Position numbers and translations under genes: made by a program
The notes under the pieces: generated by a model
Told to the model about the DNA's origin: nothing
The model's input: only the letters and a program-made list of their open reading frames with translations
Database searches by the model: none
NCBI GenBank assembly: GCA_963662945.1
Contig: OY759974.1
Span: 1,856,001 to 1,920,000, forward strand
Length of the DNA: 64,000 bases
Direction of reading: 5' to 3'
Source of the DNA: Arcobacteraceae bacterium
GTDB lineage: Bacteria > Campylobacterota > Campylobacteria > Campylobacterales > Arcobacteraceae
Shown: positions 51,521 through 62,077 of the stretch, piece by piece
Layout: every line of letters starts with the position of its first letter
Numbering within the stretch: position 1 is the first letter of the stretch

Positions 51521-51690
51521 AATACATATAGTGTGTATATTTTAATACATACTATATGTATTAAAATATACATTATTATTACAATTTAATTACATTAAAA
51601 TAGTATTAATTAATAAGTATTTAAGTTTTATATGTTATAACTGTACATATATTTACATATTATATGTAAAAAATATACATAAAGGATGTA
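51521..51690. promoter_or_regulatory. array of TACAT-N5-ATGTA palindromic operator-like sites upstream of ectA
   Basis: perfect copies at 51546, 51654 and 51676; one-mismatch copy at 51523; partial copies at 51569 and 51591. Confidence 0.7.
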
Positions 51691-51694
51691 AAAT

Positions 51695-52201
51695 ATGACA
51701 ATAAAAATGTTAAATCCAAAAAAGGAAAATGCAAAAGAAATCTTTACTTTAATAAAAGATACAAAAATTTTAGATCTCAATTCAGAATATTTGTATCTTC
51801 TTCAAACAACACATTTTAGTGATTATTGTTGTGTTGCGTTATTGGAAGATAAAGTAGTTGGGTTTGTATCAGGATATATTCATCCTCAACAAGCAGATGT
51901 TTATTTTGTATGGCAAGTTGGTGTTGATAGTGGTATGAGAGGACAAGGATTGGCATCTCAAATGATATTAAATATTTTAAATAGAGATAATTTAAAAAAT
52001 ATCAATTATGTGCATACAACAATAAGTCCAAGTAATAAAGCTTCCCAAAGAGTATTTGAAAAATTAGCAAAAAAGTTTAATGTTGATGTAGAAAAAGAGA
52101 TACTCTTTGAAATTAAAGATTTTTGTAATGGGCATGAAGAGGAAGTTCTATATACAATAGGACCAATAAAAAAGAAAAAGGAAAAACATGAGAATATTTG
52201 A
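51695..52201 (+). CDS. ectA: diaminobutyrate acetyltransferase
   Basis: LDLNSEYLY, FVWQVGV, RGQGLA, TTISPSN.AS, HEEE. Confidence 0.95.
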   Translation: MTIKMLNPKKENAKEIFTLIKDTKILDLNSEYLYLLQTTHFSDYCCVALLEDKVVGFVSGYIHPQQADVYFVWQVGVDSGMRGQGLASQMILNILNRDNLKNINYVHTTISPSNKASQRVFEKLAKKFNVDVEKEILFEIKDFCNGHEEEVLYTIGPIKKKKEKHENI

Positions 52202-53468
52202 AAGTTTAGAATCAGAAGTAAGGGGATACATAAGAAGTTTCCCAACTATATTTACAAAAGCAAAAGGAGCGATCTTAACAGATGAACAAGATGTAGAGTA
52301 TATAGATTTTTTTGCTGGGGCTGGAACACTGAATTATGGTCATAACAACGATGCAATAAGTACAGCACTCATAGAGTATTTACAAAATGATGGGATAGTT
52401 CATGGTTTAGATATGGCTACAACTGCTAAAAAAGAGTTTTTACAAACATTTGAAAACTTGATTTTAAAACCAAGAAACTTAGAATATAAATTGCAATTTA
52501 CGGGACCTACAGGAACAAATGCTGTTGAAACTGCATTAAAGTTAGCACGACTTGTAAAAGGTAGAAGTAATGTTGTTGCATTTACTAATGGTTATCATGG
52601 ATTATCTCAAGGTTCACTTGCAGTTACAGGAAACAATGAATATAGAGATGAGAGTTATATTAGTAGATGTAATGCTACATTTATGCCATTTGATGGGTAT
52701 TTTGGAGATTTTAATACTTTAAAATATTTTAGAAAATTTTTAGATGATGGAAGCAGTGGTGTTGATATTCCAGCAGCTGTTATTGTTGAAACGATTCAAG
52801 GTGAAGGTGGTATCAATGTATCAAGTGCAAAATGGCTACAAGAGTTAGAATCTATTTGTAGAGAGTATGATATTTTACTTATTATAGATGATATTCAAGT
52901 AGGAAATGGTAGAACAGGTGAGTTTTTCTCTTTTGAGTTTGCTGGAATAAACCCTGATATGGTAACACTTTCTAAATCTATTGGTGGTGGGTTGCCAATG
53001 GCGCTATTACTTTTTAAACCAGATCTTGATCAATGGAAACCAGGAGAACATACTGGAACATTTAGAGGAAACAATCTTGCATTTGTTGCTTCAAAAGTGA
53101 GTTTGGAAAATTATTGGCAAAATGATGATCTATCAAATGCAGTATTTTACAAAGAAAAAATACTAAAAGAGATTTTAGAACAAATTGCTAAAAAACATAA
53201 AGATACTTATACAATTGAGGTGAGAGGAAGAGGTTTGGCATACGGCTTTGAGATTAAAGATGACAAAACAATAGCTGGAGAAATCTCAGAATATGCTTTT
53301 AAAGAAAACCTTATTATTGAAACTTGTGGGAGTGATAATCAAGTGGTAAAATTTTTACCACCTTTAGTGATTGATGAAGAGACTTTACGAGAAGGTTTAA
53401 AAAGATTTGAAACAGCCGTTGATAAATTATTTGCTAGTAAAAAAGAAAAATTAAGTGAGGAGTTTTAA
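52188..53468 (+). CDS. ectB: diaminobutyrate--2-oxoglutarate transaminase
   Basis: ESEVRGYIRSFP, DFFAGAGTLNYGHN, GPTGTNAVE, QWKPGEHTGTFRGNN. Confidence 0.97.
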   Translation: MRIFESLESEVRGYIRSFPTIFTKAKGAILTDEQDVEYIDFFAGAGTLNYGHNNDAISTALIEYLQNDGIVHGLDMATTAKKEFLQTFENLILKPRNLEYKLQFTGPTGTNAVETALKLARLVKGRSNVVAFTNGYHGLSQGSLAVTGNNEYRDESYISRCNATFMPFDGYFGDFNTLKYFRKFLDDGSSGVDIPAAVIVETIQGEGGINVSSAKWLQELESICREYDILLIIDDIQVGNGRTGEFFSFEFAGINPDMVTLSKSIGGGLPMALLLFKPDLDQWKPGEHTGTFRGNNLAFVASKVSLENYWQNDDLSNAVFYKEKILKEILEQIAKKHKDTYTIEVRGRGLAYGFEIKDDKTIAGEISEYAFKENLIIETCGSDNQVVKFLPPLVIDEETLREGLKRFETAVDKLFASKKEKLSEEF

Positions 53469-53469
53469 G

Positions 53470-53862
53470 ATGATAGTAAGAGATATAAAAGATATTATAG
53501 GAACACAAAAAGAGGTACATGCAGAGGAAGGACAATGGGTTAGTCGAAGAATGTTGTTAAAAGATGATGGAATGGGATTTTCATTTCATGAAACTATCAT
53601 AAAAGCAGGTACTAAAACACATATACATTATCAAAATCATTTGGAAGCTGTATATTGTGTAGGAGGAGATGGAAAGATAGAAGATCTAAAAACAGGCGAA
53701 GTACATAAAATTTATGATGGTGTTATGTATGCTTTAAATAATCATGATGACCATAATTTATATGGTGGAAGTGTTGATATGAGACTTATATGTGTTTTTA
53801 ATCCTCCAATAAAAGGAACAGAGAACCATGATGAAAATGGCGTATATCCATTAGAGGAGTAG
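53470..53862 (+). CDS. ectC: ectoine synthase
   Basis: MIVR, SRRMLLKDDGMGFSFH, HYQNHLEAVYC, CVFNPP..G.E.HDENGVYP. Confidence 0.97.
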   Translation: MIVRDIKDIIGTQKEVHAEEGQWVSRRMLLKDDGMGFSFHETIIKAGTKTHIHYQNHLEAVYCVGGDGKIEDLKTGEVHKIYDGVMYALNNHDDHNLYGGSVDMRLICVFNPPIKGTENHDENGVYPLEE

Positions 53863-53864
53863 AT

Positions 53865-54167
53865 TTGAAGTTTTTATATGTAGAAAATTATTTAATTATC
53901 CCACGAGAGAAAAAGAGAGAATTTCTTGTGCTATTAGGTTCCTTTCAAGACTTTAGAGTTACAAATCAAAAGATAGTTTTAAATGATAATTCTCTTATTT
54001 TAGAATTTGAAGAAAATTCTGATATTGAGATTGCTAAAAAGGCTATAGAAAACTTTTTTGTAGATGAAAAAAGTATTTCTATAAAACTAGTGAAGCAAAT
54101 ACTTCAAGATGTTAACAAAGTAATTTTAACTTTTGAAGATAATGTTCAAAAAAAGGTAAAACTATAA
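53865..54167 (+). CDS. hypothetical protein within the ect cluster
   Basis: GAGGAG RBS, TTG start, fills the gap between ectC and the regulator. Confidence 0.65.
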   Translation: MKFLYVENYLIIPREKKREFLVLLGSFQDFRVTNQKIVLNDNSLILEFEENSDIEIAKKAIENFFVDEKSISIKLVKQILQDVNKVILTFEDNVQKKVKL

Positions 54168-54170
54168 TTT

Positions 54171-54821
54171 ATGAGACTATTAGCTTACAATATTAATAAT
54201 GAAATTATTAAAAAACTTGAAAGTGATGAATATTATATAGTAGATAGAACAGAAGACTTAGATGATACTTTGTATCATTTACAAGTACGATTTTATAATA
54301 TGGTTATACTTTATGAAGATGATTTAAAAAACTGTTTAACACTCTTACAGTCAAGTGATAATATGAATACAGCGTTTATAATACTGACAAATAAAGACGA
54401 TAAAAAATTTCATCTTAAATGTTTTAAAAATGGTGCATTATGTGTTATTAATACTCCTTATGATGATGAGTTATTATGGGCAAAAATAGAATCAATTCAT
54501 AGAGAAAATTTTGTAAAAAAGATTTATCATGAAAATTATTTTGGGATCGATAAAGAGCAAAAAGAGATAGTTGATTATGAGAATAATGAGTTAGAAATTA
54601 GAGGAAAAGCATATGACATATTGGTGTATTTATATCAAAATAGATTTAGACCACCAATATCAAAAGATGAGATGATTTATGCACTTTGGGATGACCCTGA
54701 AATGGTATGTCAAAATGTTATAGAAGTAAATATCAATCAAATTAGAAGTAAATTAAAAAAAAGATTTCAAATTGATATGATTGATACTGTTAGAAATAGA
54801 GGTTATAAATTAAAACACTAA
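54171..54821 (+). CDS. atypical OmpR-family response regulator, HsrA(HP1043)/CosR-like
   Basis: wHTH ISKDEMIYALWDDPEMVCQNVIEVNINQIRSK...TVRNRGY; degenerate receiver domain. Confidence 0.85.
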   Translation: MRLLAYNINNEIIKKLESDEYYIVDRTEDLDDTLYHLQVRFYNMVILYEDDLKNCLTLLQSSDNMNTAFIILTNKDDKKFHLKCFKNGALCVINTPYDDELLWAKIESIHRENFVKKIYHENYFGIDKEQKEIVDYENNELEIRGKAYDILVYLYQNRFRPPISKDEMIYALWDDPEMVCQNVIEVNINQIRSKLKKRFQIDMIDTVRNRGYKLKH

Positions 54822-54836
54822 TCAAAGGGGAAATAT

Positions 54837-55718
54837 ATGGAAGATTTGTATCCATCAAGAGGTCTAGAAGAAAAGATTATCAAACGAATTGATAAAACAG
54901 TCTATAGTAATAAAAAATTTGGACAACAAAGTTTAGATAATATTCAAAGAGAACAATATGATGAAAATGGTTTTATAGTAATACCAAATTTATTTAGTGC
55001 TGATGAGGTGCAAGAGTTATTAGAAGATATAGAGATAATGGCTTCAAATGAAGAATTACGTCAAAATGAAGAGTTCATAACAGAACCAAATGATGATAGT
55101 TTACGAACAATTTTTAACCAACATATTTTTAGTAGTGCTTTTGAAAAAATTACCAAAGATGCCAGAATATTAGATAAAGTGCAACAACTTTTGGGTGGAG
55201 ATGTTTATATGCATCATAGTCGTATAAATATAAAACCTGCTTATGTGGGAAAATCTTTCCCTTGGCATAGTGATTTTGAAACTTGGCATAGTGAAGATGG
55301 ACTTCCTAGATGTAGATGTTTAACTGCTTGGATTATGTTAACAGATAATACACATTTTAATGGACCTCTATATTTAATACCAGGAAGTCATAAACATTAT
55401 GTTTCTTGCAAGGGAATTACTCCTAGTAATAACTATAAAAATTCATTAAAAAAACAAGAATATGGTGTACCTAGTATTGATGCAGTAAGATATTTATCAG
55501 AAGAGAAAGAGATAGAAGCAGCACTAGGAAAAGCTGGGACATTGGTACTTCATGATGGGAATGTAATGCATGGAAGTCCAGATAATATTTCGCCAATCTC
55601 TAGAACAAATGCTTTTTTTGTTTATAACAGTATTTATAATAAACCATTAAAGCCTTTTGCTACTTCTGAAAAACGTGCAGATTTTTTATGCTTGAATGAT
55701 TATACACCTATTAAGTAG
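54837..55718 (+). CDS. ectD: ectoine hydroxylase
   Basis: EctD signature FPWHSDFETWHSEDGLP; DLYPSR; MHGS..NISP. Confidence 0.97.
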   Translation: MEDLYPSRGLEEKIIKRIDKTVYSNKKFGQQSLDNIQREQYDENGFIVIPNLFSADEVQELLEDIEIMASNEELRQNEEFITEPNDDSLRTIFNQHIFSSAFEKITKDARILDKVQQLLGGDVYMHHSRINIKPAYVGKSFPWHSDFETWHSEDGLPRCRCLTAWIMLTDNTHFNGPLYLIPGSHKHYVSCKGITPSNNYKNSLKKQEYGVPSIDAVRYLSEEKEIEAALGKAGTLVLHDGNVMHGSPDNISPISRTNAFFVYNSIYNKPLKPFATSEKRADFLCLNDYTPIK

Positions 55719-55740
55719 AAAACTATAAAGGATAAAATAC

Positions 55741-57117
55741 ATGAAAGTATGTAAATTTGGTGGAAGCTCTGTAAAAGATGCAGTACAAATTAAAAAAGTT
55801 ATTAGAATATTACAAAGTGATAAAATGAGAAAAGTTGTTGTAGTTTCTGCACCAGGAAGAGATGAAATCTATGATCAAAAAATTACAGACCATCTTTTAA
55901 ATTTTGCAACAGAAGGAAAACATTTCTTTGAACAAAAGTTAGAGATAGATGCGCAACAAAGTTTCGAAGCAATCATTCATAAATATGAAAAATTGTGTTT
56001 AGATTTAGAAATAGATGTGAACTCTATACTTGAAGCACTTAAAAAAGATTTGACAGACATAGTATTTGAAGGTGATAAAAAAATCGCATTTTGTTTATCA
56101 CGAGGAGAACATCATAATGCAAGAATAATCGAATCATTTATGAAAAAATCAAATATAGATGTGCAGTTGATGTTACCAGAAGAGTTTGGTTTTATTTTAA
56201 GTGATAACTTTACAGATGGAAAAGTTTTAGAAAAAACACATCAAAATATTGAAAAATATTTTGATATGAATCAAGATACACTCTATTTAGTACCAGGATT
56301 CTATGGCATAACAAAAAATAGTGAAATTGCTGTAATGAGCCGTGGAGGAAGTGATTTAACAGGTGGTGAATTAGCGTATGCACTTGATGCAGATATTTAT
56401 GAAAATTGGACAGATACAAATGGTGTATATGAAGTTGATCCAAGAGTTATAGAAGATGCCAATGTTATACCACGACTTACATTTAAAGAGTTACGGCTTT
56501 TAAGTTCAAAAGGGTTCAATGTATTTCATTTTGATGCCATGTTAAATTGTAAAAAAAGTAAAATTCCTATCAATATACGAAATACAAATAATCCATCTCA
56601 TGAAGGTACTTTGATTTTAAGTGAACGAGTTCCGATGGAAGATATTGTGGGGATTGCACGACTTGATAATATGGCTTCAATACATATTCAAAAAGATATG
56701 TTATCTGAAGAGATAGGTTTTATGGCAGAACTTCTAAAAGTATTTAGTGAGTTTGGCATAAATACTTATCATTATCCAACAGATAAAGATGATATAGCAA
56801 TATTGGTTGACCAAGAGTGTTTAAAAGGTAATATTAATAATTTGAGAAGACAAATTGAAAAAAGACTACAAACAGACAATATTACGATTACTTACAATTT
56901 ATCTATTATTACAATTGTTGGGATTGGATTAAAAGAGAATAGTTTTGTGATAGTTGATGCTATTTGGGCTTTAAAAGAAAATAATATCTCTTTTGAACTT
57001 TTTGATATGAGTCCATCAAAGATATCTTTTCATATAGGTATTTCCCAAAATATTGCCGATGCTGCATTACAAACACTTTATAATAATCTTTTACAAAATA
57101 AAGAGGAGGGGATTTAA
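55741..57117 (+). CDS. ask: aspartate kinase
   Basis: KFGGSS, VVVSAPG, SRGGSDLTG, ENWTD, C-terminal ACT domains. Confidence 0.93.
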   Translation: MKVCKFGGSSVKDAVQIKKVIRILQSDKMRKVVVVSAPGRDEIYDQKITDHLLNFATEGKHFFEQKLEIDAQQSFEAIIHKYEKLCLDLEIDVNSILEALKKDLTDIVFEGDKKIAFCLSRGEHHNARIIESFMKKSNIDVQLMLPEEFGFILSDNFTDGKVLEKTHQNIEKYFDMNQDTLYLVPGFYGITKNSEIAVMSRGGSDLTGGELAYALDADIYENWTDTNGVYEVDPRVIEDANVIPRLTFKELRLLSSKGFNVFHFDAMLNCKKSKIPINIRNTNNPSHEGTLILSERVPMEDIVGIARLDNMASIHIQKDMLSEEIGFMAELLKVFSEFGINTYHYPTDKDDIAILVDQECLKGNINNLRRQIEKRLQTDNITITYNLSIITIVGIGLKENSFVIVDAIWALKENNISFELFDMSPSKISFHIGISQNIADAALQTLYNNLLQNKEEGI

Positions 57118-57118
57118 A

Positions 57119-57985
57119 ATGGTTAAAATTTTTTTTATTGTTACATTAATTTTAGCAAGTTTTGGATTTGCAACGACAGATCCTCATAAAATAGAAAAGA
57201 AAATTACTAGTTTGGAAAAACCTTTATATAACCCTTTTGTGGAAAATTATATATTAAATGAATTAAAAACTCTTAGAGATGAAAACAGGGATTTAAAAAT
57301 TGACTTACATGAAACTATGGCAAAAAAAGAAGTAGATATCTCAAATAATGCTATAAACTATGCAACTTCTACAATTAATAATATGTTTTATATTTTAGCA
57401 GCAGCCACATCTTTACTTGTAATTGTTGGTTGGACTTCAATACGAGATATGAATGCAAAAATTAAAAATATAGTTGATGAAAAGATATCAAAGGTAATTA
57501 ACGATTATGAAAAAAGAATGGAAACGGTAGAGGAAGATTTAAAACAAAGAAGTAAACAAGTGATTCAAAATCAAAAAGATATTGAGAAAACAAATACAAT
57601 ACACTCTTTATGGATGAGAGCAAGTTCTGAAACAACGTTGAGTGGAAAAGTTGATGTCTACAATGAAATTTTAGAACACAGACCAGATGATGTAGAAGCT
57701 ATTATATATAAAGCTGATGCTGTATTAGATTTAGGGGAAGCAAATTGGGCTTTAAACCTTACAAATCAAGCGTTACAAATAGATAATAATTATGCAGATG
57801 CTTTTTATCAAAGAGCTAAAGTATATAGTGTATTAGGATTTATTGAAAATGCAATTGAGGATTTAGAAAAAGCAGTTTCATTAAATGAACAATATATCAG
57901 TGAAATAGAAAATGAAGAAGAATTTAAAGTATTAATACAAGAAGAAAAAGTTCAACAATTACTCTCTAGACTCACTAATGTTTAA
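57119..57985 (+). CDS. membrane-anchored coiled-coil TPR protein
   Basis: GAGGAGG RBS, ATG 57119, signal peptide, one TM, TPRs (AFYQRAKVY). Confidence 0.8.
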   Translation: MVKIFFIVTLILASFGFATTDPHKIEKKITSLEKPLYNPFVENYILNELKTLRDENRDLKIDLHETMAKKEVDISNNAINYATSTINNMFYILAAATSLLVIVGWTSIRDMNAKIKNIVDEKISKVINDYEKRMETVEEDLKQRSKQVIQNQKDIEKTNTIHSLWMRASSETTLSGKVDVYNEILEHRPDDVEAIIYKADAVLDLGEANWALNLTNQALQIDNNYADAFYQRAKVYSVLGFIENAIEDLEKAVSLNEQYISEIENEEEFKVLIQEEKVQQLLSRLTNV

Positions 57986-59218
57986 AGGAATGACGATATT
58001 AAAACAAGCACCTTTATGGTGTTTCCCATTAAAATTAAATTCTTTGTTTTTAACTTGTATGCTACCTTTCATTCCATTTGTGACTAGATTATAACTCATA
58101 TGAAGACCAAGACCAGTACCTTGGCTTTTATGTTTTGTTGTAAAATAAGGATCAAATACTTTCCCAATAATATCTTCAGGGATACCACCCGCGTTGTCTT
58201 TAAATTCAATTTCTACATTATTATTGTTTATAATTTGTGATATAAAAATATATCTATTATCTTCTTCATTGTTTTCAACAAGTGCATCTTTCGCATTATT
58301 AAAAATATTCATAAAACATTGAATAAGTTCATTTGGATAGCCTTGAATATTGATATTTTCTTCTAAATTTAAAATAATAGTAATATTATTTCTTTTAATT
58401 GTGGCATCAACAAGTTTAATAAAACTATCAGTATCATTTTTTAAATCAAATCGTATAGGCTTTGAGTCACCTTTTATAAAGTTTGTAAAATCATCAATTG
58501 TTTGAGATAAATATTGCGAATGTTCATTAATAATTTCACAATATTTGTAGAGTTCTTCATCTGTAAGTATTCCCATCTCTTTTTGAAGTTGCATTCCACT
58601 GGCACTTGTTGTTATTACTGATAGTGGTTGTCTCCATTGATGTGCAATATTTCCTAACATTTCACCCATGCTAGCTAGTTTTGATTGTGAAATAAGTCTA
58701 GATTCTCTGTCTTTTAGTTCACTTACATCAATAATAGAAGATATTCTTACGTTTTTATTGTCTATTATTATATTAGTACCTTTTAATAAAGCTGGTGCTT
58801 TAGTGCCATCCATTTTAAGTATGATAGCTTCATAAAGTTCTGCATTGTCTAACTGAATATTTTTTTTAACTAACTCTTTTGATTCATCAGCAATAAAATC
58901 TAAAGGAGCTTTCCCTAATGCATCTTTTTTATTTTTTATTCTAAAAAGCTCTAACGCTGCTTTATTGAAATCAATACATTTATAATTATGAGATACGATG
59001 ATTGCTTCAATAGTACTATCAATAATGGTTTCAATTTGATGATGTGACTTTTCTAGTTTTTTTTCTTTTTTAGTGAAGTAAAATATCAAGAAAATTATAA
59101 CAATAACAAATATTATAATTTGATTATTAAAAATATTTGAAGACGACTCTTCTTCGGCAAATACTATGTCTACAGAGAATAGAGACAAGAAAAAAATAAG
59201 TTTAATAAACAACTTCAT
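57959..59218 (-). CDS. PAS sensor histidine kinase
   Basis: two hydrophobic segments, PAS, IAHQWRQPL, DNAGG, GTGLGL. Confidence 0.9.
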   Translation of the reverse strand: MKLFIKLIFFLSLFSVDIVFAEEESSSNIFNNQIIIFVIVIIFLIFYFTKKEKKLEKSHHQIETIIDSTIEAIIVSHNYKCIDFNKAALELFRIKNKKDALGKAPLDFIADESKELVKKNIQLDNAELYEAIILKMDGTKAPALLKGTNIIIDNKNVRISSIIDVSELKDRESRLISQSKLASMGEMLGNIAHQWRQPLSVITTSASGMQLQKEMGILTDEELYKYCEIINEHSQYLSQTIDDFTNFIKGDSKPIRFDLKNDTDSFIKLVDATIKRNNITIILNLEENINIQGYPNELIQCFMNIFNNAKDALVENNEEDNRYIFISQIINNNNVEIEFKDNAGGIPEDIIGKVFDPYFTTKHKSQGTGLGLHMSYNLVTNGMKGSIQVKNKEFNFNGKHHKGACFNIVIPLNISESRE

Positions 59219-59302
59219 AATATCACTTTAAATTTTTATGGTATATTTTATCATAAAATAGTTACAATCACAATTATAAAAAAAGATTAATAAGGAAAAC
59301 TT

Positions 59303-62023
59303 ATGAGAAATTGGAATATTGGTAACAAGTTAATAACTCTTATTATAGGCAGTTCTTTTATAGGACTTATATTAGCGTTAGGTTTATTTTGGTTTAAATT
59401 AGCTGGAATAGAGGAACATGTTTATGAAGATACTAGTATTCATTTGAATAATTCAATGGCAGATAAAATAGCTGGAAAAAGTGAGATATGTCTTTCAAAT
59501 GCAATATCAATTGCTAATGATAATAGCTTAATTGATGCATTGAAAAATAATGATCGACAAAAAGCTATTGATGCAATGAAAAGACTTTCTGAAGTTTTTA
59601 AAAATAATACAAATTTCAAAAATATTAAAATACATATTCATGATAAAGATGGTAAATCATTTTTACGTTCTTGGAAGACTGATAGTTTTGGTGATTTTCT
59701 TTTGGATGAACGAAAAGCAATTAGCGATGTACAAAATACTAAAAAAGCAGTAGTAGGTTCAGAAATGAGTAAAACTGACGTCAATATGATAGGAGTTGCA
59801 CCAATTATTGATTTAAATGATGAATTAGTAGGTTCTGTTGAATTTAAAGCAGGGTATAATTCTATTATTAAGTCTTTAAAGAAATTAGATAAAGCATATG
59901 CTTTGATGCTTTTAGATGAGAATATATTAAAAACAAAGTTAGATAATGACTCATTTCAAAAACTTTCAAAAGTAGGTAACTATATTCTTAATCAAAAAAC
60001 ATATGATAAAGATTTTGCATCTTATATTGCAACTGTAGATTTAAAAGAGCTTGTAACAAATAAATTTATGATGACAGATAAATATTTCATAACAATTTCT
60101 CCCGTAATAGATTATAGTGGTAAACAAATAGGGTATTATGTAATTGGTGAAGATAGTTCTGAAATTAAAGAGTTAGTTGCACAATCTCAAGGTTTGATTT
60201 ATACAGCAATTGGTTTGATTATTGTTATTTTAATTATTATAACTCTAATCATATCTATATTTTCAAGAAAAATAATTATCAAACCATTACAAGAACTTGA
60301 CGAAGCAATTATTAGTATTAGTAAAAATTCAAATACAAGTGCTAGGGTATCTGTAGAACGAAACGATGAGATAGGAAAAGTTGCAAATAACTTTAATAAA
60401 TATCTTGATAATATCGAAGAAGGGATTAAACAAGATACAAAAGTTATTGAAGAAGCAATAGAAATTGTGCATAAAGCAAAAGATGGTTTTTATACTTATG
60501 AAATCAAACAAAAAGCATCTTCACCGCAAGTAGAACAACTTCGTGTAAAAGTAAATGAAATGCTTAATGTGACTCAAAATAATTTAGCCTTGATAGTTGA
60601 AGCACTTATTCAGTTTGGTAATGCAAAATATGATTATACTATCAATGCAAAAAGTTCTGGGAATGTAGGCTCTTTAATAAAAGGTACAAATGCCTTAGGT
60701 GCTTCTATTTCAGAAGTATTGTGTATGGTAAATAATACAGCAATTCGATTATCTCAAAATGCAGAAGCTTTAGCTGCAACTAGTGAAGAACTTTCTGCCT
60801 CTTCAACACAACAAGCAGCAAGTTTGGAAGAAACAGCAGCTGCAATTGAAGAGATCACCTCTACAATTAATCAAACAGATGCAAGAACAAATCAAATGCT
60901 ACAAATTGCAAGAGAGTTACAAAAAACAAGTAACGAAGATGATGAATTGGCACATAAAACAGGTGCTTCTATGGAAGAAATTGATAAAGCAACTAATGAT
61001 ATTGTGGAAGCTATTACCGTCATTGATCAAATAGCATTTCAAACAAATATTCTTTCTTTAAATGCAGCAGTTGAAGCAGCAACAGCAGGTGAAGCTGGTA
61101 AAGGATTTGCTGTTGTTGCACAAGAGGTGAGAAATTTAGCTTCTAGATCTGCTGAAGCTGCAAATGAGATTAAAAATTTAGTTCATTATGCACAAGAAAA
61201 AACTAAAGAAGGTAAATATACAGCAGATAGAATGGTAGATAGTTTCAAATTTTTAAATGAAAAAGTATCTGAAGTTACAGCAATTGTAACAGGTGTAACA
61301 GAAGCTACCCATGAGCAAAAAATAGGAATGGAACAAATTAATTCAGCAGTAAATCAATTAGATAAAGCAACTCAAGAAAACGCTAATGGAGCAGAAATAG
61401 TTTCAAATAAAGCAATGGCTTTAAGTGAAATTTCAAGTCAACTTCTTGCTATTGTTAATAGAACACATTTTGATAAATCAAGGGCAGAATCAGTATGTGA
61501 TGTTAATTTAGTATTTGATACCACAAAATTAAAACTTGATCATATTAATTTTAAAGAAACAAATTTCAAAGAAGTTGGTGAGGGGAAACAGTGGACTGTA
61601 AAAAATCATCATGAATGTGCACTTGGAAAATGGATAGAAAACCATACAAATGAAAAGTATACACAAAATTCTGATTGGCAAGAGTTACTCAAAGCACATG
61701 AATTAGTTCATAGTGGTGTACAAGAGTATATTAACATAGATTCTAAAAATAGAAATGATCAAAAACTTCACGCAATTGCAAATAGTATTGAAGAAAATAC
61801 TTCAAAAGTATTTGATGGAATTGATAAAATCAAAATGCATAAATGTGTTGAATTAAAACTTGAAAGAGGAAGAGATGTGGTAACTCCAATTTCTCATAAT
61901 ACTGTAGAATATAACGATAATATAAAAGAGTATAAAAAAGAAGAAGTGACACATGATAGAAAGTCTATAGGCATCAAATCTGTAGAAGCTAATAACGATA
62001 ATGATGAATGGTCAAGCTTCTAA
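59303..62023 (+). CDS. transmembrane chemoreceptor (dCache-like, HAMP, signalling domain, CZB)
   Basis: two TMs, NDEIG HAMP, MCP tip motif, CZB DHINFK...HHECALGKW...HELVH, C-terminal EWSSF. Confidence 0.93.
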   Translation: MRNWNIGNKLITLIIGSSFIGLILALGLFWFKLAGIEEHVYEDTSIHLNNSMADKIAGKSEICLSNAISIANDNSLIDALKNNDRQKAIDAMKRLSEVFKNNTNFKNIKIHIHDKDGKSFLRSWKTDSFGDFLLDERKAISDVQNTKKAVVGSEMSKTDVNMIGVAPIIDLNDELVGSVEFKAGYNSIIKSLKKLDKAYALMLLDENILKTKLDNDSFQKLSKVGNYILNQKTYDKDFASYIATVDLKELVTNKFMMTDKYFITISPVIDYSGKQIGYYVIGEDSSEIKELVAQSQGLIYTAIGLIIVILIIITLIISIFSRKIIIKPLQELDEAIISISKNSNTSARVSVERNDEIGKVANNFNKYLDNIEEGIKQDTKVIEEAIEIVHKAKDGFYTYEIKQKASSPQVEQLRVKVNEMLNVTQNNLALIVEALIQFGNAKYDYTINAKSSGNVGSLIKGTNALGASISEVLCMVNNTAIRLSQNAEALAATSEELSASSTQQAASLEETAAAIEEITSTINQTDARTNQMLQIARELQKTSNEDDELAHKTGASMEEIDKATNDIVEAITVIDQIAFQTNILSLNAAVEAATAGEAGKGFAVVAQEVRNLASRSAEAANEIKNLVHYAQEKTKEGKYTADRMVDSFKFLNEKVSEVTAIVTGVTEATHEQKIGMEQINSAVNQLDKATQENANGAEIVSNKAMALSEISSQLLAIVNRTHFDKSRAESVCDVNLVFDTTKLKLDHINFKETNFKEVGEGKQWTVKNHHECALGKWIENHTNEKYTQNSDWQELLKAHELVHSGVQEYINIDSKNRNDQKLHAIANSIEENTSKVFDGIDKIKMHKCVELKLERGRDVVTPISHNTVEYNDNIKEYKKEEVTHDRKSIGIKSVEANNDNDEWSSF

Positions 62024-62037
62024 GATTTTAAAATAAG

Positions 62038-62064
62038 AAAAGGTTACTTTTGTTGTAACCTTTT
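62038..62064. terminator. bidirectional intrinsic terminator
   Basis: AAAAGGTTAC TTTTGTT GTAACCTTTT between convergent genes. Confidence 0.8.
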
Positions 62065-62077
62065 ACGTTGAATTTTT

